Assembly: GCA_949296115.1 (NCBI GenBank)
Contig: CASFNR010000004.1
Span: 3,097-67,096 of the forward strand
From: an uncultured Eubacteriales bacterium
GTDB lineage: Bacteria > Bacillota > Clostridia > Oscillospirales > Oscillospiraceae
Direction: 5' to 3'
DNA: 64,000 nucleotides
Shown here: positions 50,160-59,613 of the stretch, piece after piece
Layout of the letters: the number at the start of each line of letters is the position of its first letter
Numbering within the stretch: position 1 is the stretch's first letter
Notes under the pieces: generated by a model
Database searches by the model: none
What the model saw: only the letters and a program-made list of their open reading frames with translations
What the model was told of the DNA's origin: nothing
Position numbers and translations under genes: made by a program

Positions 50160-50852
50160 ATGGTTCGAAGAATTATTCAGATAGACGAAGAAAAATGCAA
50201 CGGCTGCGGCGCCTGCGCCGCTGCCTGTCACGAGGGCGCCATTGAAATGGTGGAAGGGAAAGCCAAACTGATGCGGGACGATTACTGTGACGGTCTTGGA
50301 GACTGCCTTCCCGCCTGTCCTACCGGCGCCATTTCTTTTGTAGAACGGGAAGCTGCCGCTTATGATGAAGCAGCCGTAAAAGAAAACGTGAAAAAGAAGC
50401 AGGCGCCTGTTCATACCGGCTGTCCCGGTCACCAGATGCACCGCTTCGCCCCCAAACCTGCCGCACCCTCCCATGCGCCGGAGCTGCCCTCTCAGCTGGG
50501 CCAATGGCCCTGCCAGATCAAGCTGGTACCGGTGAACGCCCCGTATTTCCAAGGCGCCAAACTGTTAATCGCTGCAGACTGTACCGCCTTCGCCTACGCC
50601 AATCTCCACCAGGATTTTATGCGGGGAAAAATCACCCTCATCGGCTGTCCCAAGCTGGATGGCGTGGACTACAGCGAAAAGCTGGCCCAGATCATTCAGA
50701 GCAACGACATTCAGAGCGTCACCATCGTCCGGATGGAGGTTCCCTGCTGCGGCGGACTGGAAAATGCAGCAAAAAAAGCCATCCAGGCCAGTGGAAAGTT
50801 CCTCCCCTGGCAGGTGGTGACCATCTCCATTGACGGGAAAATTCTGGACTGA
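50160..50852 (+). CDS. 4Fe-4S dicluster domain protein with Cys-rich C-terminal domain
   Basis: CNGCGACAAAC, CDGLGDCLPACP, WPCQIKL, AADC, GCPKLD, MEVPCC. Confidence 0.88.
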   Translation: MVRRIIQIDEEKCNGCGACAAACHEGAIEMVEGKAKLMRDDYCDGLGDCLPACPTGAISFVEREAAAYDEAAVKENVKKKQAPVHTGCPGHQMHRFAPKPAAPSHAPELPSQLGQWPCQIKLVPVNAPYFQGAKLLIAADCTAFAYANLHQDFMRGKITLIGCPKLDGVDYSEKLAQIIQSNDIQSVTIVRMEVPCCGGLENAAKKAIQASGKFLPWQVVTISIDGKILD

Positions 50853-50888
50853 CAGCAGACTTTCTCCTCTTCTGCACCGTCCGTCGTG

Positions 50889-50929
50889 CATAAAAAACCA
50901 GCGTGGCAAAACCACGCTGGTTTTTTATG
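50889..50929. terminator. bidirectional terminator
   Basis: CATAAAAAACCAGCGTGG-caaaa-CCACGCTGGTTTTTTATG. Confidence 0.85.
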
Positions 50930-50996
50930 GGGCAGTTTCCGGTGATCGGCGTTACACAGTGCGGAGCAGCTTGAAAGCGCAGGCATTCCCCGTCGC

Positions 50997-52694
50997 TTAC
51001 AGGAATAAAGGCGGTGTCTGGTGTTTCTTTTCCTTGTTCGAATAAAGGTTCCGGTCAACCTCCGCAAAGAATGTCCGAAAATCTCCCAAAGCGGGGTCAA
51101 ACATCCCCTTGCCGAAAGAGATCCCAAAGTCAAAGGGCACCGTGCTCTGTATATGCAGAACCAGATCGTTCAACTTCTGCAGGCGCTCGTCAACCTTTGC
51201 CTCCGTCGTGGATAAAACAATGCATGCAAACTCGTCCCCGCCAATTCGGTAGCAGGTTCCAACACCTCGGAACGCATCCGCGCGACAATGATAAGCCAGG
51301 CGAATGGCTTCATCCCCCGTTTGGTGTTCAATGGAATCGTTGATTATTTTTAACCGATCCAGATCAAATAAAATCAGCCAGTTCCCTGTCTTTCCATCAT
51401 GGACAAACGCCTTCTTTGCGTCATTTTCGAATGCGTTGCGGTTGTTTCCCCCGGTTACCATATCGGTGAGGGCCAAACGCTTAAAATACTCCGCTTCCCT
51501 GCTCTCCCGAACCAACAGAAGCAGCCGCCGGAAATTGGATACACCCATGTACGCCACATAAATCAAAATGCCCATCCGCAGGAATTTTGAAATCATCTGG
51601 AAGGAGCCAGACCACATGCTGGTCAGTTCCAGGGCGCAGGATGGCCCCAGAATGCACAGCCCGATCAGCTGTTCCCGGGCTTCCCGGTTATGATACCGGA
51701 ATGTTTCGAATGCAAGGGCTGAAACGGTGACCACAATCAGCACCAGGATCATGGTGTGCGCCACAATCAACGTGCGAAACAATGGCGCAATGCCGGTAAG
51801 TTCCAGCAAAACGGAAATGACAAGGTTTGCCGTGAAAATCCAGAAGAAGAATACCGGATACCCCACGGTATGGCGGCGATAGGCACTGTCCATGTACAGA
51901 GTAAACGGCAGCGGCATGGCGAGCAGGGCATAATAGGCAAGCTTGGACACAAAATATTCGCTGCCGCTGAAAAACTGAATTGTTTTGGATTCTCCGAAAA
52001 TCCATAAGCCAACAATCAACGAAAACAGCGCCAGATATAGAAGCGAGGGATATTTCAGCCCGGTGAAAGCGGCAAACAAGTACAGCACCAGCAGGGCTGC
52101 CCCAATCACCACCAGAATGGCAAACACCAGGAATCCAGTGGAATAGGTTTCCGCCAGGTCAAACAGAATCGCCGCCTTGCTGGAACAGTAAATGGAGCTG
52201 ATTTTTCCAGAAAAGCTTTCGTAAGGAGAGGTTAGCTCTATATGCAGGACCTTTCCCTCGCTTGCTTTCGGCAGTCGGAACATAACCCAGGCGCTTCGGG
52301 CATCCCCGTGCTCGACAAGGCTCTCTTCCGTTCCAAATTCATATATCAGCTCGTCGTCCAGATATGCGCGCACCGACTGCATGGAAGCACGCAGGCATAC
52401 GGTGCTCTGAGGCGGAAGCGTTTCCGGCAAAACATACTCAATGACTGCGGCTTCCCCCGCAGGTGTATCCAGGTCAGCCGGAAGTTCAATCGGGGTACGG
52501 GTACCATCACCCTTGACATACATCCATCCATCATCGAGGAAGGTTGCTTCCTCATTGTTAAATCCAATATTTCTGGCAGGGAAGCAAAGGGGAATCGCTC
52601 CCAACAGCAGCACTACCACCAACAGAACACAAAGTCGAAGGCCCATTCTGGCTCGATTTTTCTTTTCCCCTTCGTTCAAAAAATCTCTCCTCAT
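50997..52694 (-). CDS. membrane sensor diguanylate cyclase (extracellular domain, multi-TM, GGDEF); start uncertain
   Basis: TDMVTG..NR, FDLDRLKIIND, YRIGGDEF. Confidence 0.85.
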   Translation of the reverse strand: MRRDFLNEGEKKNRARMGLRLCVLLVVVLLLGAIPLCFPARNIGFNNEEATFLDDGWMYVKGDGTRTPIELPADLDTPAGEAAVIEYVLPETLPPQSTVCLRASMQSVRAYLDDELIYEFGTEESLVEHGDARSAWVMFRLPKASEGKVLHIELTSPYESFSGKISSIYCSSKAAILFDLAETYSTGFLVFAILVVIGAALLVLYLFAAFTGLKYPSLLYLALFSLIVGLWIFGESKTIQFFSGSEYFVSKLAYYALLAMPLPFTLYMDSAYRRHTVGYPVFFFWIFTANLVISVLLELTGIAPLFRTLIVAHTMILVLIVVTVSALAFETFRYHNREAREQLIGLCILGPSCALELTSMWSGSFQMISKFLRMGILIYVAYMGVSNFRRLLLLVRESREAEYFKRLALTDMVTGGNNRNAFENDAKKAFVHDGKTGNWLILFDLDRLKIINDSIEHQTGDEAIRLAYHCRADAFRGVGTCYRIGGDEFACIVLSTTEAKVDERLQKLNDLVLHIQSTVPFDFGISFGKGMFDPALGDFRTFFAEVDRNLYSNKEKKHQTPPLFL

Positions 52695-52921
52695 TCGGTT
52701 TATTGTTTGTCTGTGAGCAGGTTCATTCCCACCGTCATTGCCGCAGTCCATCGCAAAACGGCTGTTCTGTCCTGGATGCCAGCAGAGCAAATATACCACA
52801 AATTTCCTTTTTTTACAAGGCTTGGACACTTGTTTTCTTTCCGAACCCCTGAAAGCGTGTTTGTGACACGGGCTTCAAAGACAGCGCAAAGGACGAATCC
52901 TTAGATTCGTCCTTTGTGCCG

Positions 52922-53296
52922 TTATGGGTTTTCTTCCGGCGGGTTTCGGGTGAAAAATATTTTGCCTGACCCGTCGGGGTGCTCACACAGCGCATCTCCC
53001 CCGCTCCCATGAACCAGGTACACATCCCGCTCCGTTTCCAGGCCCTCCACGCCCCTGGCAAAGAGCACCATGGAATTCCGGCTGACACAGTATGCGCCGC
53101 TCATGGACTGGTTCTCTCCCAAGGGAATTCCGAATTCCTCACACAGAATGATTCCCTGGGAAAAAACATAACGAATCCCCTCGTCACAGGAATACCATTC
53201 CCCCGTAAACGTCTCATATGGGATTGCAGTCCGGCCAAGCAGCAGTCCTGCCGCCAACAGCAGCGCACCCCCTCCCAGAATGAACCATCGCTTCAT
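52922..53296 (-). CDS. hypothetical exported/membrane-anchored protein
   Basis: GAGGGG RBS; MKRWFILGGGALLLAAG signal-like start; FTGEWY. Confidence 0.65.
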   Translation of the reverse strand: MKRWFILGGGALLLAAGLLLGRTAIPYETFTGEWYSCDEGIRYVFSQGIILCEEFGIPLGENQSMSGAYCVSRNSMVLFARGVEGLETERDVYLVHGSGGDALCEHPDGSGKIFFTRNPPEENP

Positions 53297-53429
53297 CTGA
53301 TCCCCTCGTTTTTCCAGTTTCCAGGAGACATTATATACTGATCGAATGTAAAAAAGCAATCGGAATTCGCTTAAGAATTATGTAAACTTTTTCAAAAGAA
53401 ATTTGGACATTTTGACATTCAGAAAACAG

Positions 53430-53480
53430 TTGACAAGTTTTCTCTACAGTTGTAGAATAAAGTTGTACTACAAATGTAGA
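53430..53480 (+). promoter_or_regulatory. sigmaA promoter with two BlaI/MecI operators
   Basis: TTGACA-N17-TAGAAT; TCTACAGTTGTAGA (53443-53456) and CTACAAATGTAG (53468-53479) TACA-NN-TGTA dyads. Confidence 0.85.
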
Positions 53481-53491
53481 GGAGTGATGCG

Positions 53492-53869
53492 ATGGTTTCC
53501 CCCATTCGCCGGCTGCCGGATTCCGAGCTGGAGGTAATGCAGGCGCTCTGGGACTGCACTCCCCCGGTAACACGGGCAGACATTGAAGAAAAATTGTCCA
53601 CTACCTACCCCATTGCCCAGACCACCTTGCTTACCTTGCTTTCCCGGCTGGTAGAAAAGCAGTTCCTGCAGGTGGAGAAGGATGGACGAAATCGAATCTA
53701 CGTCCCCTTGATTTCCCGCTCAGACTACCTGGCCGCCCAAAGCAGCCGGTTCTTCCGGAAGGTCTGCGGCGGAAGCATCTCCGTCTTTGCCTCTGCCCTG
53801 TGTGACAGCGGCCTGACGGAAGAGGAACTGCGGCAGCTGCGGGAGCTGCTGGAAAGAGGTGCGCTGTGA
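53492..53869 (+). CDS. BlaI/MecI/CopY family repressor
   Basis: SELEVMQALW, TTLLTLLSRLVEK, LTEEELRQLRELL. Confidence 0.92.
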   Translation: MVSPIRRLPDSELEVMQALWDCTPPVTRADIEEKLSTTYPIAQTTLLTLLSRLVEKQFLQVEKDGRNRIYVPLISRSDYLAAQSSRFFRKVCGGSISVFASALCDSGLTEEELRQLRELLERGAL

Positions 53870-55734
53870 CCAAGTATTTTCTCTTTCGGGTGGGAATGTT
53901 TTCCCTGGTCAGTATTTTGCTTGCCTGGGTTCTGTTCTCCCGGACCCGCCGGGACAAGGCTATGGTACAGGACGAGAGCAGCGGGCAGCGGTATCTCCCA
54001 TTCTTATCCACCCTTCTCCTGCCTGGATTTTTCATCGGCCTTACAGTCATCGCTGCTCCATACTACGGGCTTTGGGGCTCACTGGAGCAGGTTCTTGCAC
54101 TCAGCTTCGGGATTTTCCTGCACATCAGTGTGTATTACCTGGTGCTGATGCTGTTTCTGCCGACGCTGCGTCGGCGGATTTCCTCCCGGGCCTGTGCCAT
54201 GCTCTGGCTGATTCCCAATTATCTGTATCTGGGAACCTATGGAAGTATGGTTCCCTCCCGGCCTCTTTGGGTAATTTCCGTATCCCAGCGTCTTTTCTCC
54301 GGACTGGTGCTTTTGTGGCTGATTGGATTTTTCTCCGTTCTGCTCTGGACGATTTCAAATCATCTGATCTTTCGCCGCCGCATCCTGCGGAGCGCAAATC
54401 CCGTCACCGATTCCAGGGTTTTATCCCTCTGGCAGGCGGAGGCGGCCGCCGCCAATGTCCCGGACTCCCGCTACAAACTGGTCACATCTCCCGCCACCAC
54501 CACACCCCTGTCAATCGGGCTGTTCCGGAAAACCATCCGGATTGTCCTGCCTGACCGTCCCTATACCGATACGGAACTCTCTCTGATACTGCGCCATGAA
54601 TTGGTTCATCTGTGCCGGGAAGATTCGGCGAACAAGCTGTTTCTGACCTTCTGTACCGCCGTATGCTGGTTCAACCCCCTGATGTGGATTGCCATGAGGA
54701 AAAGCGCCGAGGACCTGGAGCTGAGCTGCGACGAAACCGTGCTGCTGAATGCCGGCGAGGAAACCCGGAGTCTCTACGCCTCTCTCCTTCTGAAAACCGC
54801 CGGAGAAAACCGGGGCATCACCACCTGCCTGTCCGCCTCTGCCGGTGCATTGCGCTATCGGCTGGGGCAAGTCATCAGGAAGAGGTCCGTCACCTCCGGC
54901 GCCCTGACGGCGGCTGTCATCTTCTTTCTGCTGAGTATGACCAGCGGATATGTAACCCTGGCCTTTGGGGATTACAGGGTGGAAGAGGTACTGTTCGAAG
55001 ATGGCGCCGGTTTCGATGATGCCACGCTTTATGGCATCAACACCAGCCTGTTCGAGCATAACGGATTCCTGCAATGCCGGGACGAGGAAGCCCTCTGTGC
55101 TTACCTCTCAGAACTTTCCTTGGTCAAGCTGGGAGGGGCTTACGCCGAGCCGGAGGAAATACCGCAGCTGCTCCTGTTCTTTGATACGGAAACCTGTTCG
55201 GCTGCACTGCGTATGGAAGGGCAGGCTCTCACCGTCATCCCCTTGGGAAAAACCGCCCGGAAATCGGCCCAGTACTTCATCCGGGAGACCGTGGACTGGG
55301 ACTACCTGTCCTCTTTTCTGCTGACCTACAGCATCCAGAGTGCTGATCTTCCCTTCCCGCCCAAAATAACTCTGTTCGGGGATCATTCCTACATGGATTT
55401 CACCGGACAGGTAGTGCAGTTTTCCCGAAACGGGCAGTCCCAGCCCCGGGAAAGCTGGTGGGATGACGACGATGCGCCCGGGTTTGTGGATTTGCAGGAA
55501 ACAGCGCTCCGCATTGATTTTTCTCACACCCTCAAAGACGGATACCGTGTGGAAGTCACAGACCTGGAAGGCAATGTATTGGATTCCTTTTCCTCCCGGG
55601 ACCTGACGGACCCCGGCGTCCTGCCTCTGGACTACCCCAACGCCTGCTACACCGTTTGGGCTTCTTTTGAAGATGATACGTCATCCATTGACATGAAGTA
55701 CACGTTTACGTTGGAGCGTTCAGAAAATCCATAA
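53866..55734 (+). CDS. BlaR1/MecR1-like M56 metallopeptidase sensor
   Basis: HELVH, WFNPL, ELSCDE; C-terminal extracellular domain not recognised. Confidence 0.9.
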   Translation: MTKYFLFRVGMFSLVSILLAWVLFSRTRRDKAMVQDESSGQRYLPFLSTLLLPGFFIGLTVIAAPYYGLWGSLEQVLALSFGIFLHISVYYLVLMLFLPTLRRRISSRACAMLWLIPNYLYLGTYGSMVPSRPLWVISVSQRLFSGLVLLWLIGFFSVLLWTISNHLIFRRRILRSANPVTDSRVLSLWQAEAAAANVPDSRYKLVTSPATTTPLSIGLFRKTIRIVLPDRPYTDTELSLILRHELVHLCREDSANKLFLTFCTAVCWFNPLMWIAMRKSAEDLELSCDETVLLNAGEETRSLYASLLLKTAGENRGITTCLSASAGALRYRLGQVIRKRSVTSGALTAAVIFFLLSMTSGYVTLAFGDYRVEEVLFEDGAGFDDATLYGINTSLFEHNGFLQCRDEEALCAYLSELSLVKLGGAYAEPEEIPQLLLFFDTETCSAALRMEGQALTVIPLGKTARKSAQYFIRETVDWDYLSSFLLTYSIQSADLPFPPKITLFGDHSYMDFTGQVVQFSRNGQSQPRESWWDDDDAPGFVDLQETALRIDFSHTLKDGYRVEVTDLEGNVLDSFSSRDLTDPGVLPLDYPNACYTVWASFEDDTSSIDMKYTFTLERSENP

Positions 55735-55866
55735 CCGCCAATCCCGAAAATCCGGAGTCAGTTTCCCTGGCTCCGGATTTTGCCGCTAAGTAGATACACA
55801 CTGGAAAATCTGCGGTTCATCTGTTACAATGTAGAAATTCCAAGTTATCTGAGGAAGTGACGCATT

Positions 55867-56739
55867 ATGAAACGTGCCCGACTTATGATGATTGCCTCCA
55901 TGGGGATTTTCGGAACCCTGGGGCCCTTCGTCCGAATGATTTCTGTCTCCTCCGGAGAACTGGCTCTGTACCGGGCCATTCTGGCGGCGGTGCTGGTGGG
56001 AGCCTATCTGCTTCTCACCGGCCAACGGATTCCCATTGCCCGGTTCCGCCGGGAAATTCCCCTTCTGCTGCTGTCCGGCGTGGCCATGGGCATCAACTGG
56101 GTCCTTCTGTTTCAGGCTTATCGCTTTACCACCGTTTCCGTGGCAACCCTGAGTTATTATTTCGCCCCGGTGATTGTGACGGCGGTCTGCCCCTTCCTGT
56201 TCCGGGAACAGCTGACCGGCAGGCAGATTCTCTGTTTTGTCATGTCTACCCTGGGGCTGGTGCTGATTACCGGCGTTGGAGAGTTAAGTCAAAGCACTTC
56301 TCATTTGGTTGGCATTCTGTTTGGTCTTGGCGCTGCGGTATTCTATGCGGCGGTGATTCTGCTGAACAAGTTCATCCGAACAGTGGCCGGGCTCCACCGG
56401 ACCTTCTTTCAATTTCTGGCTGCCATTGTAGTTCTGATTCCCTACACGGCCGCCACCGGCGGGCTGACCCTGGGAAGTTTGGATACCGTCGGCTGGATTT
56501 GCCTGCTGATCGTGGGATTCTTCCACACCGGCGTCACCTACTGTATGTATTTTTCAGCCCTGAAGGAACTGCCCGGGCAAAAGGCGGCCATTTTAAGCTA
56601 TATCGACCCCTTGGTGGCGGTGCTGGTTTCCGTTTTCCTTCTGAAGGAATCCATCACCCTCTGGCAGGTCGTCGGCGGATGTCTGATTCTGGGCTTTACC
56701 CTGTGGAACGAGCTTGCCCCAGGAAATTCAGGTGAATAA
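55867..56739 (+). CDS. DMT/EamA family transporter
   Basis: About 10 TM segments, two EamA repeats, SYIDPLVAV. Confidence 0.9.
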   Translation: MKRARLMMIASMGIFGTLGPFVRMISVSSGELALYRAILAAVLVGAYLLLTGQRIPIARFRREIPLLLLSGVAMGINWVLLFQAYRFTTVSVATLSYYFAPVIVTAVCPFLFREQLTGRQILCFVMSTLGLVLITGVGELSQSTSHLVGILFGLGAAVFYAAVILLNKFIRTVAGLHRTFFQFLAAIVVLIPYTAATGGLTLGSLDTVGWICLLIVGFFHTGVTYCMYFSALKELPGQKAAILSYIDPLVAVLVSVFLLKESITLWQVVGGCLILGFTLWNELAPGNSGE

Positions 56740-56820
56740 CCCGCCGATTCTCTTGACGGGAATCCCTTCTTAAGATATAATAAAATCAAACATTTGGGCG
56801 AAAGGAGGCCGTTCTACAAT

Positions 56821-58293
56821 ATGGATACCAACCGACCGAAGCAGGCGGCACAATGGTTTTACAGCCATGTCTTTCAGGACGAGCCAATTCGCCCCAAGCC
56901 GCCGAAGGCCGACAATGGTCTTCCGCCCCTGCTCCGGGCCGCCCGTGCCCTTGCCGTGGGGGAGAAAATGGCCTGGCAATCCCGGGAGTCCATTTTCATG
57001 AAGCAAGCCAAGCTGCTGGCAAATTATCAGGACGACGTACCCTATTCCGGCACCGTGGTGCGGTATTTCCCCACTTATCAATCCCTGACAGATGCGGAGC
57101 TGCGGGGATACTTCACCTGGCGGACCCAACTGCGCAAAGGGAATCTCCAAAAGACCTCCTTGTCCTTCGCTTTTCTGTATATCTACGAACTGCTCAACCA
57201 GATTGGAGTGCCCGATTCCCTGGATGGGTATCAGATGCTGCAGCAGTTTTACCGTACTTACGGAGAAATTGACGAGAAAATACGCTCTTACCTCCGGCAG
57301 TGGATGGTGGATTATGTGGTATATTACAATCTGGACCCTGCGCTGCTTGCTGACACACCCCAGGCGATTTTTGATCGGCATATCGCAGTTCTGGAACAGA
57401 TTGCCAGCCAGCCCCAGGAAACCGTTGTCGGCTCCGTAAAAGCCCTGTCCTCCAAATGGCTGGACCGCTCCAAATTCTACTGTGCCTTCCCTCAGGATTT
57501 TAATCGGATTATGGTTCAGGTGCTGCGCCAGATTTCGGCGCACTATGCCGCCCGGTGCAAAAAAACCATGGTGGAGCAATACTTTGGCACCGTCAACCGC
57601 TATCCTGTCATGCTTTTTGACAGCGCCATTTTTCTGGATCAGCAAAAAAGTGAACGTCGGGATTACCGGATTGACGACAGTTGGAGTTTTCAATGCCGGG
57701 GCGGTCTGTGGAGCGTCTCCAGGCGGACATGTCCGGCAACACCCAGTCCGAAGCTCACCAACTTGCTGAAAACAATTGACGCACTGATGCGCCAGGCCTA
57801 CGAATTCGGGAACCCAATTCAGTTCAAACCGGAGCCGAAGTGGATTCTGAAAATCATTGAGCAGTCTATTCAGGAGCTTTTAGCGGAGCGGAAGGCCAAG
57901 GAAAAGGCGAAGCTCTCCATTGACTACTCCAGATTGGAACAGATTCGCCAGGACGCCGCCGTCACCCAGGAAAAGCTTACCGTGGAAGAGGAGGAAGATT
58001 GGGTCTCCTCTGCCCTTCCCCAACCCACTGCCCCGCCGGAACCGGAAGCGGCGGATCCCCAGATTGGTTTGTTCTCTCCCCTGTCCCCGGCGGAATACCG
58101 GCTGCTGCATAGCCTGCTGTATGGCCGGGACCTTTCCTGGGCGGCAGCGGAGGGCCAGATGCTTTCCGTTCTGGCGGACAGCATCAACGAAAAATTGTAC
58201 GATCAGTTTCTGGATTCCGTGCTGACGGTGGAGGATATTCCACAGCTGGTGGAAGATTACATTGACGATTTGAAAGAGATGGTAGCCCCATGA
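56821..58293 (+). CDS. TerB_N/TerB_C domain protein (Shango SngA-like)
   Basis: YFPTYQSL..LRGYFTWR, FLYIYELLN (TerB_N); LADSINEKLYD (TerB_C); promoter TTGACG-N17-TATAAT near 56753-56781. Confidence 0.85.
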   Translation: MDTNRPKQAAQWFYSHVFQDEPIRPKPPKADNGLPPLLRAARALAVGEKMAWQSRESIFMKQAKLLANYQDDVPYSGTVVRYFPTYQSLTDAELRGYFTWRTQLRKGNLQKTSLSFAFLYIYELLNQIGVPDSLDGYQMLQQFYRTYGEIDEKIRSYLRQWMVDYVVYYNLDPALLADTPQAIFDRHIAVLEQIASQPQETVVGSVKALSSKWLDRSKFYCAFPQDFNRIMVQVLRQISAHYAARCKKTMVEQYFGTVNRYPVMLFDSAIFLDQQKSERRDYRIDDSWSFQCRGGLWSVSRRTCPATPSPKLTNLLKTIDALMRQAYEFGNPIQFKPEPKWILKIIEQSIQELLAERKAKEKAKLSIDYSRLEQIRQDAAVTQEKLTVEEEEDWVSSALPQPTAPPEPEAADPQIGLFSPLSPAEYRLLHSLLYGRDLSWAAAEGQMLSVLADSINEKLYDQFLDSVLTVEDIPQLVEDYIDDLKEMVAP

Positions 58294-59603
58294 AAATACC
58301 CAGACGAATTGCCCAGACCTTAATCAACTCCCTGAAAGGCGGCGTTGTCCCCCGGGTGGGACTGCCCTACATCACCGTAGGGCGGAAGGATGAAATCGAC
58401 GCTTTACTCCGGGATGTGGAAATCATTTCCGAAGGAGGCGCTTCCTTCCGCTTCGTGGTGGGCAAGTACGGCAGCGGCAAAAGCTTTCTGCTGCAAACCA
58501 TCCGCAACTATGTAATGGCAAAGAACTTTGTAGTGGTGGATGCGGACCTGTCCCCGGAGCGGCGGCTCCAGGGCACCCGGGGCCAGGGGCTGGCAACCTA
58601 TAAAGAGCTGATCCGGAACATGTCCACCAAGACCAAGCCGGAGGGCGGGGCCCTGTCCCTGATTCTGGACCGGTGGATCAGCAGTGTCCAGCGGGAGGTC
58701 CTGGTCTCGGAAAATCTCTCCGCCACTGATCCCCGGCTGGCCCCTCTGGTGGAAAAACGGATTTCCGCCGTGATCTATGCACTGAATGAAATGGTTCACG
58801 GCTTTGACTTTGCCCGGCTGCTGACCCTGTACTACCAGGCCTATGTCTCCGGAAACGATGAAACCAAGGGCAAGGTGCTCAAATGGTTCCGGGGAGAATA
58901 CAACACCAAGTCCGAAGCCCGGCAGGAGCTGGGCGTGAACATCATTGTCACAGATGACGACTGGTACGAATACCTGAAGCTCTTCGCCTGCTTCCTGAAA
59001 CAGGCGGGCTATGCGGGAATGCTGGTGCTGATCGATGAGCTGGTGAATATCTACAAGATACCCAACGCCATTACCCGGCAGTATAACTACGAGAAAATCC
59101 TCACCATGTACAACGACGCCATGCAGGGCAAAGCCCAGCACCTGGGCTTCATCCTCAGCGGCACCCCCCAATGCATGGAGGACCCCCGCCGGGGCGTTTA
59201 CAGCTACGAGGCCCTTCGCTCCCGACTGGCGGAAGGCCACTTCTCCGGGGAGCACAAGGACCTGCTCTCCCCGGTCATCCGGCTTCAGCCCCTGACCAAC
59301 GAGGAAATGCTGATTCTGGTGGAGAAGCTGGCGGACATTCACGCCGGACTTTATGAATATCCCCAAATTGTCACCCAGCAGGATATGGTGGACTTCATCG
59401 AAATCGAGTTCAGCCGCATCGGAGCGGACAGCCACATCACCCCCCGGGAGGTCATCCGGGATTTCATTGAGGTGCTGGACATCGTATACCAGAACCCCGG
59501 AATCAAGGTTCGGTCCCTCCTGGGCTCGGACACCTTCTCCTTTGCCAAGGACCCGGTGAATGCCGAAGCCACCGACGACCAGTTTGCGGAATTTGAGCTG
59601 TAA
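58290..59603 (+). CDS. DUF2791 P-loop ATPase (Shango SngB-like)
   Basis: SLKGGVVPR.GL, GKYGSGKSF, LIDELVN, YEALRSRL, TPRE. Confidence 0.9.
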   Translation: MKIPRRIAQTLINSLKGGVVPRVGLPYITVGRKDEIDALLRDVEIISEGGASFRFVVGKYGSGKSFLLQTIRNYVMAKNFVVVDADLSPERRLQGTRGQGLATYKELIRNMSTKTKPEGGALSLILDRWISSVQREVLVSENLSATDPRLAPLVEKRISAVIYALNEMVHGFDFARLLTLYYQAYVSGNDETKGKVLKWFRGEYNTKSEARQELGVNIIVTDDDWYEYLKLFACFLKQAGYAGMLVLIDELVNIYKIPNAITRQYNYEKILTMYNDAMQGKAQHLGFILSGTPQCMEDPRRGVYSYEALRSRLAEGHFSGEHKDLLSPVIRLQPLTNEEMLILVEKLADIHAGLYEYPQIVTQQDMVDFIEIEFSRIGADSHITPREVIRDFIEVLDIVYQNPGIKVRSLLGSDTFSFAKDPVNAEATDDQFAEFEL

Positions 59604-59613
59604 GAGGTAGCCT

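Noticed and set aside
58290-59603. BREX system (BrxD-like ATPase)
   Set aside because: No pglZ, pglX or brxC nearby; flanking genes fit Shango
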